Assembly (NCBI GenBank): GCA_045612805.1
Contig: JAZKZR010000010.1
Span: 263,965-327,964, forward strand
Direction: 5' to 3'
DNA: 64,000 nucleotides
DNA from: Candidatus Enterousia sp.
Lineage (GTDB): Bacteria > Pseudomonadota > Alphaproteobacteria > Rs-D84
Below are positions 36,808-47,453 of this stretch, one piece after another (position 1 is the stretch's first letter; each line of letters begins with the position of its first letter). The position numbers and the translations under genes were made by a program. The notes under the pieces are model-generated. The model did no database searches, was not told the origin of the DNA, and saw only the letters and a program-made list of their open reading frames with translations.

Positions 36808-38496
36808 ATGAAAGATTTATCCAAAGATTTATTTAACCCAATTGCCGGGGAAGATTTCGTCAAAATGTTTGATGAAAACTATGGCAAACAAGAAACACTT
36901 CAGGGATACGCAACCAAGGGCACGGTCAAGGATATTCGTGGCGATTTCGTGTTGGTTGATGTTGGCCTTAAATCCGAAGGTCGCGTACCACTCAAAGAAT
37001 TTGGCGCATCGGTTCCGGCCGTTGGCGACATTATCGACGTGTTCGTTGAACGCTATGAATCACGTGAAGGCACGGCGGTCTTGTCCTATGCCAAGGCGCG
37101 CGCCGAAAAGGCATGGAAAGAACTTGAAAAAATGGTTGCCGAAGGCATTGACCCCGAAGGGACAATTATCGATGTCGTTCGTGGTGGATATACCGTCGAT
37201 ATCAACGGCGTGTTCGCATTTATGCCATCGTCCCAGGTTGATCATAAACCAATCCGCGATGCGAAATCTATGATTGGATTAAAAGACAAATTCCGCGTGT
37301 TAAAAATGGATGCGTTGCGCACAAACGCAATCGTTTCCCGTCGCGCGATACAATCTGATACAATTGCCGCCGCCCAGAAAGAGGCATTAAAGAACATCGA
37401 ACTTGGTGCGGTTTTGGAAGGGACGGTCAAGAACATTACCGATTACGGCGTGTTTATCGATTTGGGCGGTATCGATGGTTTGCTGCACGTGACAGATTTG
37501 TCTTGGAAACGTGTGAATCATCCGCGCGAATTGGTGCATGTTGGCGAAAAAATAAAGGTCAAGGTTATTCAATTTGACCCGGAAACGCATCGTATTTCAC
37601 TGGGCGCGAAACAATTGGAAGAAGACCCGTGGGAAACCGCATCGCGCGCATTCAATGTTGGCGATACCGTCACCGGCAAGGTTTCATCGGTCACCGATTA
37701 CGGTGCATTTATCGACCTGGGGAACAATATCGAAGGTTTGGTCCATATGTCCGAACTTTCATGGACAAACAAAAATATCCACCCGTCCAAGGTCCTTCAA
37801 AATGGCCAGGAAGTCAACGTTATGGTCCTTGATATTGACCAAGAAAAACGCCGTATTTCATTGGGTTATAAACAATTGCAACCAAACCCGTGGAAGCAAT
37901 TTGCCGAAACCCACAATGTCGGCGATGTTATCACTGGGCCTATTAAGAATACAACCGAATTTGGGTTGTTTGTGGCGCTGACACCGGAATTGGACGGTAT
38001 GGTTCACATTTCCGACCTGTCTTGGAATCGCCTTGATGAAGAAGAATTGAAAAAATTCGTTCGTGGCCAAGAAGTGACGGCGAAAATCTTGGACATCAAT
38101 CCAGAAAAAGAACGCGTCACATTGGGTATTAAACAATTGACGGCGGGCGCGGACAACAACGCGGCATCTATCAAGAAAGGTGCGGTTTTGTCTGGGACGG
38201 TTTCCGCAATCACACCCGACGAATTGATTTTGGATTTACCGAATGATATTAAGGGTACAATCCGCCGTACCGATTTGTCGCGTGAAAAATCCGAACAGGA
38301 TACATCCAAGTTCAAGGTTGGTGACACGGTAGAGGCATCTGTGGTATCTGTGGAAGGCAACAATGTTAAATTGTCCATCCGCGCGCTTCAGGTGACACTT
38401 GAAAAACAAGCGGTCAAAGAATACGCGAACGAGGCCGACAGTGGTTCCGTCCTTGGCGATATTCTTGGCGCCGCCATTGAAAACAGCAAGAAATAA
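36808..38496 (+). CDS. rpsA: 30S ribosomal protein S1
   Basis: Six S1 repeats (DVGLKSEG, NITDYGVFIDLGGIDGLLHVTD and others). Confidence 0.97.
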   Translation: MKDLSKDLFNPIAGEDFVKMFDENYGKQETLQGYATKGTVKDIRGDFVLVDVGLKSEGRVPLKEFGASVPAVGDIIDVFVERYESREGTAVLSYAKARAEKAWKELEKMVAEGIDPEGTIIDVVRGGYTVDINGVFAFMPSSQVDHKPIRDAKSMIGLKDKFRVLKMDALRTNAIVSRRAIQSDTIAAAQKEALKNIELGAVLEGTVKNITDYGVFIDLGGIDGLLHVTDLSWKRVNHPRELVHVGEKIKVKVIQFDPETHRISLGAKQLEEDPWETASRAFNVGDTVTGKVSSVTDYGAFIDLGNNIEGLVHMSELSWTNKNIHPSKVLQNGQEVNVMVLDIDQEKRRISLGYKQLQPNPWKQFAETHNVGDVITGPIKNTTEFGLFVALTPELDGMVHISDLSWNRLDEEELKKFVRGQEVTAKILDINPEKERVTLGIKQLTAGADNNAASIKKGAVLSGTVSAITPDELILDLPNDIKGTIRRTDLSREKSEQDTSKFKVGDTVEASVVSVEGNNVKLSIRALQVTLEKQAVKEYANEADSGSVLGDILGAAIENSKK

Positions 38497-38523
38497 TCTT
38501 GCGACGGTTTTCAAAAAAATTAC

Positions 38524-38551
38524 AAATCCCCATGGCTATGGGGATTTTTTT
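38524..38551 (+). terminator. Terminator after rpsA
   Basis: AAATCCCCAT-GGCT-ATGGGGATTT followed by a T run. Confidence 0.8.
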
Positions 38552-38586
38552 GTGGTATAATGACCGTGATAAAAAAAGGAAATATA

Positions 38587-39141
38587 ATGAAACCAAAAAT
38601 GATTCTTTTGATGGGGGGCCAAGGTGTGGGCAAGGGCACATTTGCGCGAATGCTTATGGAACGCGGAAAATACAAATATATTGAAACGGGTGCAATGTTG
38701 CGCGCGTTGCCACCGGAATCAAAACTTGCGGGGATTATCGCACGCGGCGAATTGGTGGCGGACGGTGATTTATTTGAATTACTTGCCACGCATTTTAATA
38801 CGGATTCCGACATGATTCTTGATGGTTTCCCACGGACAGTGGGGCAATCAAAATGGATTGTCGAAAATTATTCGGATAAATTCGATATTCGTGTGATATA
38901 TCTTAATGTGCCGGAATCGGTCATGATTTCGCGCATTGAAAAGCGCGTGCGTGAAGGTGGCAACCGCGCGGACGATGCGGACATCGCCATTGTTCGTCGT
39001 CGGTTGGATAATTTTTGGGGTATAACCATGCCGGCAATCGAATGGCTGCGAACCGCGCCCGGGATAAAGTTTTCCGATATCGATGTGACCGACCCGGACG
39101 CCGATAAAAACTTTGTAAAAATTCTTGCCGCATTAAATTAA
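38587..39141 (+). CDS. adk: Adenylate kinase family protein (short LID)
   Basis: GGQGVGKGT, GELV.D, LDGFPRT and RADD motifs. Confidence 0.85.
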   Translation: MKPKMILLMGGQGVGKGTFARMLMERGKYKYIETGAMLRALPPESKLAGIIARGELVADGDLFELLATHFNTDSDMILDGFPRTVGQSKWIVENYSDKFDIRVIYLNVPESVMISRIEKRVREGGNRADDADIAIVRRRLDNFWGITMPAIEWLRTAPGIKFSDIDVTDPDADKNFVKILAALN

Positions 39142-40022
39142 ACAATCCGGCGGCGAATGAATATAAACAGTGCGTATCCCAAAAGCAACGCCATAATAAG
39201 TGCAAAAATAACAACCCCGGTATCGCCATGTTCCGCAAAGGGCAGGGCAACATTCATCCCATAATATCCCACAACCAGTGTCGGCAACATTAAAATAATG
39301 TTCCACATAGTAAGGCGGTTAATATATGTGTTTGAATCCATATTGATGACGCTTTCAAATGTTTCTTTGATGGATTTTAGCATTTTCGTATAACTGGTCA
39401 CGACCTCTATGCCCTGGGATAATTCAATCCGCGAATCTTCGACCAATTCCACACATTCATCGGTTTTTGCAAACCCGCGCACCTTTTCCAATTTATCCAA
39501 CACCGAAAGGTTGCCTTTTAGTCCGGTCATATAAAGTGTATAACTGTTTTCCACATCGAGTAATGCCAGCAATTCGCGCTTTATTATTTGCTGTTGCAGG
39601 TTTTTCTTGGATTCCACCACGCGGCGATTCAGTTCTTTCAAACAACGCAGGTATGATTCCGCGATATAATACATAATGTTCAAAATAAACTCTTCGCGCG
39701 ATGTTTTTTCAGATTTCTTTATCTTATCCAAAATATCGCACCGCTTGCGACAAACGGTAATGACGCGATTTGTCGAATAAATAATGGACAACGGTTCCGT
39801 GTGCCATTGTGTATCGGTTTCGCGGTTAACAATGGGAAAGCGGACAATTATAACCTTGTAATCATCTTCAACCTCTATGCGTGGTTGTTCGTCGGGGTCC
39901 AAAATGTCGGAAATGGTATCTTCATCAATCTTGTATTCGTCTTGCAGTTTTTCAAAATCATCATGATCGGGGTTTCCAACATTTATCCAGGAAAAAGATT
40001 TTAATTTTTCCGTATCAAACAT
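39138..40022 (-). CDS. corA: CorA family magnesium transporter
   Basis: C-terminal TM segments with PT...YYGMNV. Confidence 0.92.
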   Translation of the reverse strand: MFDTEKLKSFSWINVGNPDHDDFEKLQDEYKIDEDTISDILDPDEQPRIEVEDDYKVIIVRFPIVNRETDTQWHTEPLSIIYSTNRVITVCRKRCDILDKIKKSEKTSREEFILNIMYYIAESYLRCLKELNRRVVESKKNLQQQIIKRELLALLDVENSYTLYMTGLKGNLSVLDKLEKVRGFAKTDECVELVEDSRIELSQGIEVVTSYTKMLKSIKETFESVINMDSNTYINRLTMWNIILMLPTLVVGYYGMNVALPFAEHGDTGVVIFALIMALLLGYALFIFIRRRIV

Positions 40023-40156
40023 ATCCGCCCCCTTTTTTGCCGTTGCATTCTATTCCCATAAAATATAAAAAGCAAATTAAAAAAATTTGATTTTGCAAAG
40101 AAATCATGTATAATGCCCACGCGCGGGGGGCGGAGAGCAAATAAAAAGGATGCAAA

Positions 40157-40750
40157 ATGCAATTACATTATGGTGATTGGTTTTATATAGATATAACTAC
40201 GTATAGCCCCAGATTTGAAAAGGTTAATAGACGTGCGGAAGGATATGATATAACACCCAAGAGTGTGATGTATATGGTATCTGCGGCGCACGATTGCGCA
40301 AAACAAATTGGTGGAGATTTGCACTCAGCGTTGGCACAGTTGTCGATAGCACATCGGTTTATGGTGTTTAAAAAACCGGGACAACAAAACTTTACTGATA
40401 TAGTACCGAAGTATTGTATCGTATTTGGTAAGGAAAGAGTGACATTTGATAATTTGTTTAATCGTGTAAAAACAATACCGATGTATGCAGATTACGAGAT
40501 AAAACGTAATATTTTTTCTCGTTCTGATAAAAATTATAGTATTGAATGTGCATGGGAAAACAAAATAGTATTGACGAATGCCGGGGGTAATACCATCGTC
40601 GTTGACCCGGACAACTTCAAAATTGCGCATTCTGATTTGCCAGAATTTAGCGGGGATTTATTGCCTGTACTTGAAAAAATTATGACACCGGTTCAATTTA
40701 GTCCGATTCCGCCGGCACAAAAGGAAGAATTTTTTGGACCGAAGCGTTAA
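40157..40750 (+). CDS. Hypothetical protein
   Basis: 197 aa ORF with AAGGA RBS, upstream TATAAT and its own terminator. Confidence 0.7.
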   Translation: MQLHYGDWFYIDITTYSPRFEKVNRRAEGYDITPKSVMYMVSAAHDCAKQIGGDLHSALAQLSIAHRFMVFKKPGQQNFTDIVPKYCIVFGKERVTFDNLFNRVKTIPMYADYEIKRNIFSRSDKNYSIECAWENKIVLTNAGGNTIVVDPDNFKIAHSDLPEFSGDLLPVLEKIMTPVQFSPIPPAQKEEFFGPKR

Positions 40751-40768
40751 CCACAACTTATAACCTAA

Positions 40769-40800
40769 ACGCCCACGATTTATGTGGGCGTGTTCTTTTT
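40769..40800 (+). terminator. Terminator
   Basis: ACGCCCAC-N7-GTGGGCGT followed by a T-rich tail. Confidence 0.7.
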
Positions 40801-40849
40801 ATAAAAAATCATTTGAAAAGCGAAAGGATATTGTTATTATACACACATC

Positions 40850-42025
40850 ATGAAACAAAAAATCTTCGCATTTTTATTGATTCTTTGCGCCGCACCGGCA
40901 TTTGCGGAATATAAAACCAAGGCAAAATCCGTATTTTTGATGGACTATGATTCCGGGGCGGAAATTGTGTCTAAATCTGCGGATGAACTTATGCCACCGT
41001 CGTCAATGTTGAAACTGATGACATTGGCTGTTTTGTTTGATGGGGTAAAATCCGGTCAAATATCTTTGGATGACCGTTTCCCGGTTGGCAAAAACGCGGA
41101 TTACCAGGATCCAGTTTGGTACCCGGCAAGCAAAATTTGCCTTTCCGCCGGCCAGGATATTTCCGTTCGCGACCTAATTTTGGGGCTGATTGTTTTGTCT
41201 GGCGGTGACGCGTCCGTTGTTGTCGCGGAAAAATTGGCGGAAACAGAGGAAAAATTTACCGATATGATGACGGCCAAGGCGCGTGCAATTGGTATGCCGG
41301 CATCAACCTTTGGCAACGCAAGTGGTTTGCCTAACGACAAAAATTTGATGACCAGTCGCGAACTTGCCACACTTGCATATCATATAATTGCGGATTATCC
41401 GGATTTGTATCCGATGTTTGCAACGCGGCGGTTTGAATTCGGCGAATATAAAACAGATTGGTGCCGCGATTGGGGCAAAACGCACACGGTGAATTATAAT
41501 AAACTGCTGTTCATTATGCCGGGCGCGGACGGATTGAAGACCGGACATACGGACAAGGGCGGGTACGGCATGGTGGCAAGTGCGACCGCCGGTGGCCGCC
41601 GTTTAATCGGTGTTGTAAATGGCTTTCATGGCAAGGGTCACGATGCATTGGCGGCGGAAATGAAATCGCTGCTGAATCATGGGTTTAATACCACAATGAC
41701 CCGGGTTTTCTATCGTCCGGGTGACGATGTGACGGCGGTGCCGGTCTGGTACGGGCGCGACGATACGGTTGTCGCAACGGTTGATCGGACATTCGCAATT
41801 ACCATGCCAAAGGAAAACGGTTTGAACGGTGTTCGCGTGCTTGCGCGGTACACCGACCCGATGCCCGCACCAATTCATGCTGGCGACGTGTTGGGCCAGG
41901 TTATTGCCGAACATGATGGCAATGTTGTCGCGCGAACGAATTTAATTGCGAAAAATGATGTCGGCCGCGTTCGTTTCTTTGCGCGCGTATGGCGTAATAT
42001 TGTTGTAATGCTGATGGGGCGTTAA
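40850..42025 (+). CDS. dacA: D-alanyl-D-alanine carboxypeptidase (PBP5 family)
   Basis: Signal peptide, SMLK (SxxK), SGG at the SxN position, KTG and a PBP5 C-terminal domain. Confidence 0.9.
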   Translation: MKQKIFAFLLILCAAPAFAEYKTKAKSVFLMDYDSGAEIVSKSADELMPPSSMLKLMTLAVLFDGVKSGQISLDDRFPVGKNADYQDPVWYPASKICLSAGQDISVRDLILGLIVLSGGDASVVVAEKLAETEEKFTDMMTAKARAIGMPASTFGNASGLPNDKNLMTSRELATLAYHIIADYPDLYPMFATRRFEFGEYKTDWCRDWGKTHTVNYNKLLFIMPGADGLKTGHTDKGGYGMVASATAGGRRLIGVVNGFHGKGHDALAAEMKSLLNHGFNTTMTRVFYRPGDDVTAVPVWYGRDDTVVATVDRTFAITMPKENGLNGVRVLARYTDPMPAPIHAGDVLGQVIAEHDGNVVARTNLIAKNDVGRVRFFARVWRNIVVMLMGR

Positions 42026-42928
42026 ATGGCACGCAAATCAAATATACCCATTTACGAATTTCCGCATCCGATGGACAATAATAACACAATCGGACATGAT
42101 GCAACACTGCGTGCATTTATGGATGCATGGCAAAATCGCGACGCACATCCACTGCACCCGGTATGGATGCTGTGCGGTCCGCGCGGCATTGGCAAGGCGA
42201 CACTTGCGTACCAAATTGCGCGGATGGTTTACGGCAATGTTGGCGATTTTTTCATAATCGACATGGAACGCAACATTGATAAAGACGGTCGGGTAAAATC
42301 GGACGGCAAATCGATTTCGGTCTATACGGTGCGTGGTGCGATTGAAAAAATGCAACTTTCATCCATGTCGGGTGGGTGGCGTGTGGTGCTGATTGATTCT
42401 GTGGATGCACTAACCACCGCGGCGGCGAACGCGATATTGAAATTGTTGGAAGAACCACCGGCAAAGACATTATTTTTACTTGTCACGCACCAGTTATCCA
42501 GTGTTCTGCCCACCGTGCGTTCACGTTCGCGCGTTGAAAAAATGCGGCCACTTTCTATTTCGGATTTGCGCCGTCTTTGTGCGCGATTTATGCCGGACGA
42601 TGTTATCGATGACGAAACATTGCGTCTTGCCAATGGGTCGTTTGGGCGCATTGCGAATATAAAGCAATCGGGTGGTGATGTAATTTATGAACGCGTGATT
42701 GAATTTGTAACGAATCCGCGTGCATTACCATCGGACGCAATGAATATCGCACGGCAAATTGCACCGAATCCGGAACTTTATGGAATTTTGTTGGATGTAA
42801 TCGCACACTTTAATTTGGCGGAATTGTATCCGACCGCAACACGGGCAATCGCGGATATTGCACGTGTGAATTTGGAACCGGAAATTTCATTATTCAAAAT
42901 TATATTGGAAATACAAAAATGCTTATAG
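42026..42928 (+). CDS. holB: DNA polymerase III subunit delta'
   Basis: GPRGIGKATLA, AANAILKLLEEPP and LPTVRSR motifs. Confidence 0.9.
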   Translation: MARKSNIPIYEFPHPMDNNNTIGHDATLRAFMDAWQNRDAHPLHPVWMLCGPRGIGKATLAYQIARMVYGNVGDFFIIDMERNIDKDGRVKSDGKSISVYTVRGAIEKMQLSSMSGGWRVVLIDSVDALTTAAANAILKLLEEPPAKTLFLLVTHQLSSVLPTVRSRSRVEKMRPLSISDLRRLCARFMPDDVIDDETLRLANGSFGRIANIKQSGGDVIYERVIEFVTNPRALPSDAMNIARQIAPNPELYGILLDVIAHFNLAELYPTATRAIADIARVNLEPEISLFKIILEIQKCL

Positions 42929-43686
42929 ATACACATTGTCATTTAACATACGATTTTTCACGCCTTGGTGGCGCGAACGCGGTTATGGAACGCGCGGTTG
43001 CGGCGGGGGTAAAATATATGATATGCCCGACGGCGGACCCGGTGGATATTTTGCCGGCAATAAAGTTGGCGCATGCGCACGATAATGTTTTTGCGACAAT
43101 TGGAATTCACCCCGAACATGCGGGAACAAATCCGGCGGACTATATCACGGACGAAATTTTAGGGGATTCACGCGTTTTGGCGGTTGGTGAAATCGGACTT
43201 GATTATCATGAACTGTCGGCCGACACGCGCGATGCACAAATTGAATTGTTTGAAAGGCAACTGGACATGGCGCGGCGTGCCGGACTTCCGGTTGCAATTC
43301 ATACGCGCGATGCGGAAAGTGATACATTTGATATTTTGTCACGATATCCCGATATTTATGGCGTTATGCATTGTTTTACATCGGGTTATGATTTGGCGAA
43401 AAAAATGCTGGACCGCGGATATTATTTTTCGGCAAGCGGCATTTTAACCTTTAAGAACGCGGCCGACATTCGTGATGCATTTTCGCGGATTCCAATCGAC
43501 AGATTGGTCGTCGAAACCGACAGCCCATATTGCGCGCCCGTTCCATACCGCGGCAAGATTTGCGAACCGGCCTATGTGGTTGAGACAACGCGTGTTTTAT
43601 CGGAAATAAAAAATGTTTCATTTGAAAAAATGTGTGATATAGTAATGGAAAACGTAAAAAAACTCTATCCAAAGATAGAGTTATAG
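42919..43686 (+). CDS. tatD: TatD family DNase
   Basis: DTHCH, GIHP, GEIGLDY, HTRDA, HCF and ETDSPY motifs. Confidence 0.95.
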   Translation: MLIDTHCHLTYDFSRLGGANAVMERAVAAGVKYMICPTADPVDILPAIKLAHAHDNVFATIGIHPEHAGTNPADYITDEILGDSRVLAVGEIGLDYHELSADTRDAQIELFERQLDMARRAGLPVAIHTRDAESDTFDILSRYPDIYGVMHCFTSGYDLAKKMLDRGYYFSASGILTFKNAADIRDAFSRIPIDRLVVETDSPYCAPVPYRGKICEPAYVVETTRVLSEIKNVSFEKMCDIVMENVKKLYPKIEL

Positions 43687-43708
43687 TATTTTTATATCCG
43701 AAACCATA

Positions 43709-44131
43709 TTATCTATTTAAAATCTCCGACGCGCGCTTTAACGCCAACGAATTGAAATCAATTTTGCCGCCCCGCTTCAAATCGTCGGTATCAATTGTTC
43801 CTGAAAAATAGACAGCCATAAAATCATCATACGCCCCCGCGGGCAGTTTGCCTGATTTTTTCTGTTTCAAAACTTTGCTTATGTAATCTATACGCCGTCT
43901 TTCTTCGCGTACGGTTTCCGGAACCAATTCTTCATACAAAGAAGAAATAATAGCCGTCGTAACACGTGGATTAAACCCATCATAATAATCTTCTATGACG
44001 GGGTTGTCGCGTACGAATTTGACAACGCATTTCGCAGCCTTTTCGACGTCAAAAACCGCAAGTCCTAATGTTTGTTTGATTTGTTTTTCGTACCGCATAA
44101 CAAAATCTACCGCAATCTCTTCTTGGGTCAT
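43709..44131 (-). CDS. Hypothetical protein
   Basis: 140 aa ORF with AAGGA RBS. Confidence 0.7.
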   Translation of the reverse strand: MTQEEIAVDFVMRYEKQIKQTLGLAVFDVEKAAKCVVKFVRDNPVIEDYYDGFNPRVTTAIISSLYEELVPETVREERRRIDYISKVLKQKKSGKLPAGAYDDFMAVYFSGTIDTDDLKRGGKIDFNSLALKRASEILNR

Positions 44132-44235
44132 GTTTTATCCTTTTTGTTCATGGGTTCATACTATTATACACCAAATACATACTAAATGCAAAATTTATTT
44201 GGATTTTACCATTTTTTAATATAGAATTACATATT

Positions 44236-44706
44236 ATGCCACGCAGTATGATAAAATTTGGCCCTGTTTCTGAAAACCGCAAAGCGCGGTTCAGTTATGT
44301 TACCGAAGACACGATAGAGGCGGGCATCGAACTGACGGGGGCCGAGGTTAAGTCACTTCGTTACGGCCTGGTCACTATTGTTGATGGGTTTGTGCAGCGG
44401 CGCGGAACGGATTTATATCTTGCGGGCATCGAAATCCAAAAATTACCCACCGCGGCGCGCATTACAAACTTTGACGAACGTCGCCCACGGCGGCTTTTGT
44501 TGCACCGGGCGCAAATAAACCGCATGATTAGCCGGTTGAATGACCGTGGCGCAACCATATTTCCATTAAAACTCTATTTCAACAATCGTGGCCGGTTAAA
44601 GGTTTTGCTTGGCATCGGTCACGGTAAAAACCGTGCGGATAAACGTGAAACAATAAAGCGCCGCGAATGGGAAAAATCCCGCGCAAGGTTGCTGCGCAAG
44701 GGTTAG
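44236..44706 (+). CDS. smpB: SsrA-binding protein
   Basis: ENRKARF.Y, EAGIELTGAEVKSLR and GK...DKRETIK motifs. Confidence 0.96.
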   Translation: MPRSMIKFGPVSENRKARFSYVTEDTIEAGIELTGAEVKSLRYGLVTIVDGFVQRRGTDLYLAGIEIQKLPTAARITNFDERRPRRLLLHRAQINRMISRLNDRGATIFPLKLYFNNRGRLKVLLGIGHGKNRADKRETIKRREWEKSRARLLRKG

Positions 44707-44769
44707 TTATTAGCGGTCAGTGTAATTAGCTGATAGATTCTGGGATAATCACACAATTGCGAACAAATT

Positions 44770-46020
44770 TCAAAATCTACTAACACTAGCCACTAACACT
44801 GTGTTATCAATCCCAGTAATCTTCACATCGTAAATTGTGCGGGGCGGGATGGGCGCGCCGCCAATTTTAACCGGAATATCATCCGGCGTGCGCGCGATAT
44901 TATTGGATTCAACCAAAACCCGGCACATATTGCCGACCTGGCGCTCCATAAATTCACGCAAGTTTTCATCCGCAACGGCGGTTATTTTATGAACGCGCGC
45001 CCGTGCGATATTGCGCGGAACCGGGTTCGGCATATTCGCCGCCACCGTCCCGGGGCGGGGCGAAAAAGGAAATGCGTGAATCCTTATTGGTTTTAATTCG
45101 CGCGCCAATTCCAGGGTTTCGTTGAACAATTCTTCCGTTTCGCCCGGAAAACCACAGATTATATCCCAACTAAAACTAACACTTCCATTCGCAAGGCGCG
45201 CCAAATCGCGCACCGTGTTCGCCGTGTGTCGCCGCCGCATCGCGTGCAAAATCGTATCCGATCCCGACTGCATGGAAAGGTGCAAATGTGGCATAAAACG
45301 GGGTTCGCTTTTCATCATTTCAATAATGTCGCGTATCGCCGGCACCGCCGGGTCCACCGACGAAAGGCGCAGCCGTTCAATTTCCGGCACATCTTTTAAC
45401 AACCGCCGGCACAAATCCGAAATCAAAAACGGCCGCCCGTCATAAACCCGAATATAAGATGCCGCATCCACACCGGTTAGCACGATTTCCCCAAACCCAT
45501 CCGCGGTCGCCGCACGCACATTTGCCAAAATTTCATCATATTCGAACGACACCGCCGGCCCACGGAGCAGCCGCGTCACGCAATATGTACAATCATGATT
45601 GCATCCATTTTGAATTTGAATAAACTTTTTGGAAAGTTTGTTTTCTGTATCAAAATTACCAACAATTTCCGGACACGAATTGCCGCGATTTTTTTGCGAA
45701 AATTTGCTCAAATACGCATCTAAATCCATCTTTTTTTTGTTCGGAATAACCGCCGCCCCCGGAATTTTTTCAAACAGTCCCGGATTCCTTGTTGCGGCGC
45801 ACCCGGTCACAAAAATTACCGCACCCGGGTTTTCGCGTGCGATTTTTCGCACCGCCTGGCCACATTGGCGTTCGGCCTCTGCGGTCACGGCACAGGTATT
45901 CACAATCACCGCGCAAACGCCGGCACGTGACAACATCCCGCCAATCCGTTCGCATTCCATCGCGTTAAGACGGCACCCGAAAGATAAAGTTTTTATATTT
46001 TTTTCTTGCATTTTGACCAT
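44770..46020 (-). CDS. mtaB: tRNA methylthiotransferase MtaB (MiaB family)
   Basis: FGCRLN..E, NTCAVT, TGCAA, QNGCNHDCTYC and FPFSPRPGT motifs. Confidence 0.9.
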   Translation of the reverse strand: MVKMQEKNIKTLSFGCRLNAMECERIGGMLSRAGVCAVIVNTCAVTAEAERQCGQAVRKIARENPGAVIFVTGCAATRNPGLFEKIPGAAVIPNKKKMDLDAYLSKFSQKNRGNSCPEIVGNFDTENKLSKKFIQIQNGCNHDCTYCVTRLLRGPAVSFEYDEILANVRAATADGFGEIVLTGVDAASYIRVYDGRPFLISDLCRRLLKDVPEIERLRLSSVDPAVPAIRDIIEMMKSEPRFMPHLHLSMQSGSDTILHAMRRRHTANTVRDLARLANGSVSFSWDIICGFPGETEELFNETLELARELKPIRIHAFPFSPRPGTVAANMPNPVPRNIARARVHKITAVADENLREFMERQVGNMCRVLVESNNIARTPDDIPVKIGGAPIPPRTIYDVKITGIDNTVLVASVSRF

Positions 46021-46072
46021 TTTTGAATCATTATAGCGTGGCTAATGATACATTTCAACAAAGGAATTGAAT

Positions 46073-46465
46073 ATGGCACGCACGACTAATTCTGATACAT
46101 TACCATTTGTGGAAAGCCGCTATGAACTGGGGATGCTTGCGTCACAGCGGGTTCGCGACCTGAACGGTGGGGCCGCGCCGGTGGTTGAACGCGACGGTGA
46201 CAAACCGACGGTTGTGGCATTGCGCGAAATCGCAAGTGGAAAACTTGATATCGCGGGAATCCGTCACGAATTCGTGCAATCATATAAGGAAACACCGGCC
46301 ATCGAAAACGCCGAAGAAACATTAGAGGTTAGCAGTGTTAATCCCGAACTGCGCGATATTGATGCGGAACTGGAAGATACATTGGTTGGTGATGCACCGG
46401 TTGATGCGGCGGAATTGGTTGCCGAAGATGTTATGGATGACGGCGCGGAATCCGACGAAGAATAA
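46073..46465 (+). CDS. rpoZ: RNA polymerase omega subunit
   Basis: MAR...SRYEL..LASQR.R...DKPTVVALREI plus an acidic tail. Confidence 0.93.
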   Translation: MARTTNSDTLPFVESRYELGMLASQRVRDLNGGAAPVVERDGDKPTVVALREIASGKLDIAGIRHEFVQSYKETPAIENAEETLEVSSVNPELRDIDAELEDTLVGDAPVDAAELVAEDVMDDGAESDEE

Positions 46466-46483
46466 ATAAAATCTAAAAAATTC

Positions 46484-46574
46484 GGAGATGTCGCATAGTT
46501 GGTCTAGTGCGCCACATTGGAAATGTGGTATACGGGCAACCGTATCATGGGTTCGAATCCCATCATCTCCGCCA
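46484..46574 (+). tRNA. tRNA-Ser(GGA)
   Basis: Acceptor GGAGATG/CATCTCC, anticodon arm CCACA-TTGGAAA-TGTGG, long variable arm, GGTTCGAATCC, CCA. Confidence 0.97.
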
Positions 46575-46799
46575 TGTTAAAATCAAAAAATCCACCGGAT
46601 GGTGGATTTTTTGATTTTACCGGCGGAGATGATGGGATGTGTGCGAACGATAGTGCAGCACACAATCCGCGAATAAACAATTAGCAACCGTGTAAAAACG
46701 GATATGTGTAATAGAGTTTTTGCGTTTACGGTTGATTATTGTTTATCAAGACAGCAAATTAAATCTTAAAAATCCACCGGATGGTGGATTTTTTGATTT
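46557..46799. repeat. tRNA-linked long hairpin and duplicated palindrome
   Basis: 46557-46573 is the reverse complement of 46622-46638 and encloses a 19-bp stem; 32-bp direct repeat at 46586-46617 and 46768-46799. Confidence 0.85.
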
Positions 46800-46850
46800 A
46801 CAAAATCTGGCCTATTTTATTACCATGTCTCGAGAGAAAAGGGGTGATAC

Positions 46851-47453
46851 ATGGAAAATCTTGGTGTTTATGATGAATATATGAATAAAATTGGTACAGA
46901 ATCGCGCGGAATTGTGCATGAACGTGGACTTTGGCACAAAACGGTTCATTGTTGGATGTATGACGACGACGGTAATATATATTTTCAAGAACGTGCGGAT
47001 TCTGGGAAACTGTACACGACTGCATCGGGACATGTTTTGGGGGATGAAACGGTACGTGATGCTTTCCGGCGTGAAATTATGGAAGAAATTGGCGTCGACA
47101 CGGATACATCGAATGCGATTCCGTTGCAAATCATGTTTTGGCGCCAAGATAAAGATGAAAAAAATTGGCATGACCGTGCATTTGCCCATGTCTATATAAA
47201 TAAATTACCAATCGGATTTACAGATTTTTGTTTTCAACCCGATGAGGTCGGCGCCGTTGTTCGCGTGCGCGCCAAAGATTGTATGGATTTATTTATGGGG
47301 AAAATCCCTGAAATAACCGCAACACGAATAACATCAAATGGTATAAATTCGGTTAGTATCAATAAATCGGATTTTTTAACCGCACCCGACGAAACGCCGA
47401 TCGTCAAATATGGGCATATATTGCAATCAATTATGCAAATTACGGGTAAATAA
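46851..47453 (+). CDS. NUDIX hydrolase (IPP-isomerase-like)
   Basis: VHERGLWHKTVHCW and ASGHVLGDE...RREIMEEIGV motifs. Confidence 0.85.
   Translation: MENLGVYDEYMNKIGTESRGIVHERGLWHKTVHCWMYDDDGNIYFQERADSGKLYTTASGHVLGDETVRDAFRREIMEEIGVDTDTSNAIPLQIMFWRQDKDEKNWHDRAFAHVYINKLPIGFTDFCFQPDEVGAVVRVRAKDCMDLFMGKIPEITATRITSNGINSVSINKSDFLTAPDETPIVKYGHILQSIMQITGK

Noticed and set aside
44236-44770. tmRNA next to smpB
   Set aside because: The gap after smpB is only about 60 bp and has no tRNA-like ends.
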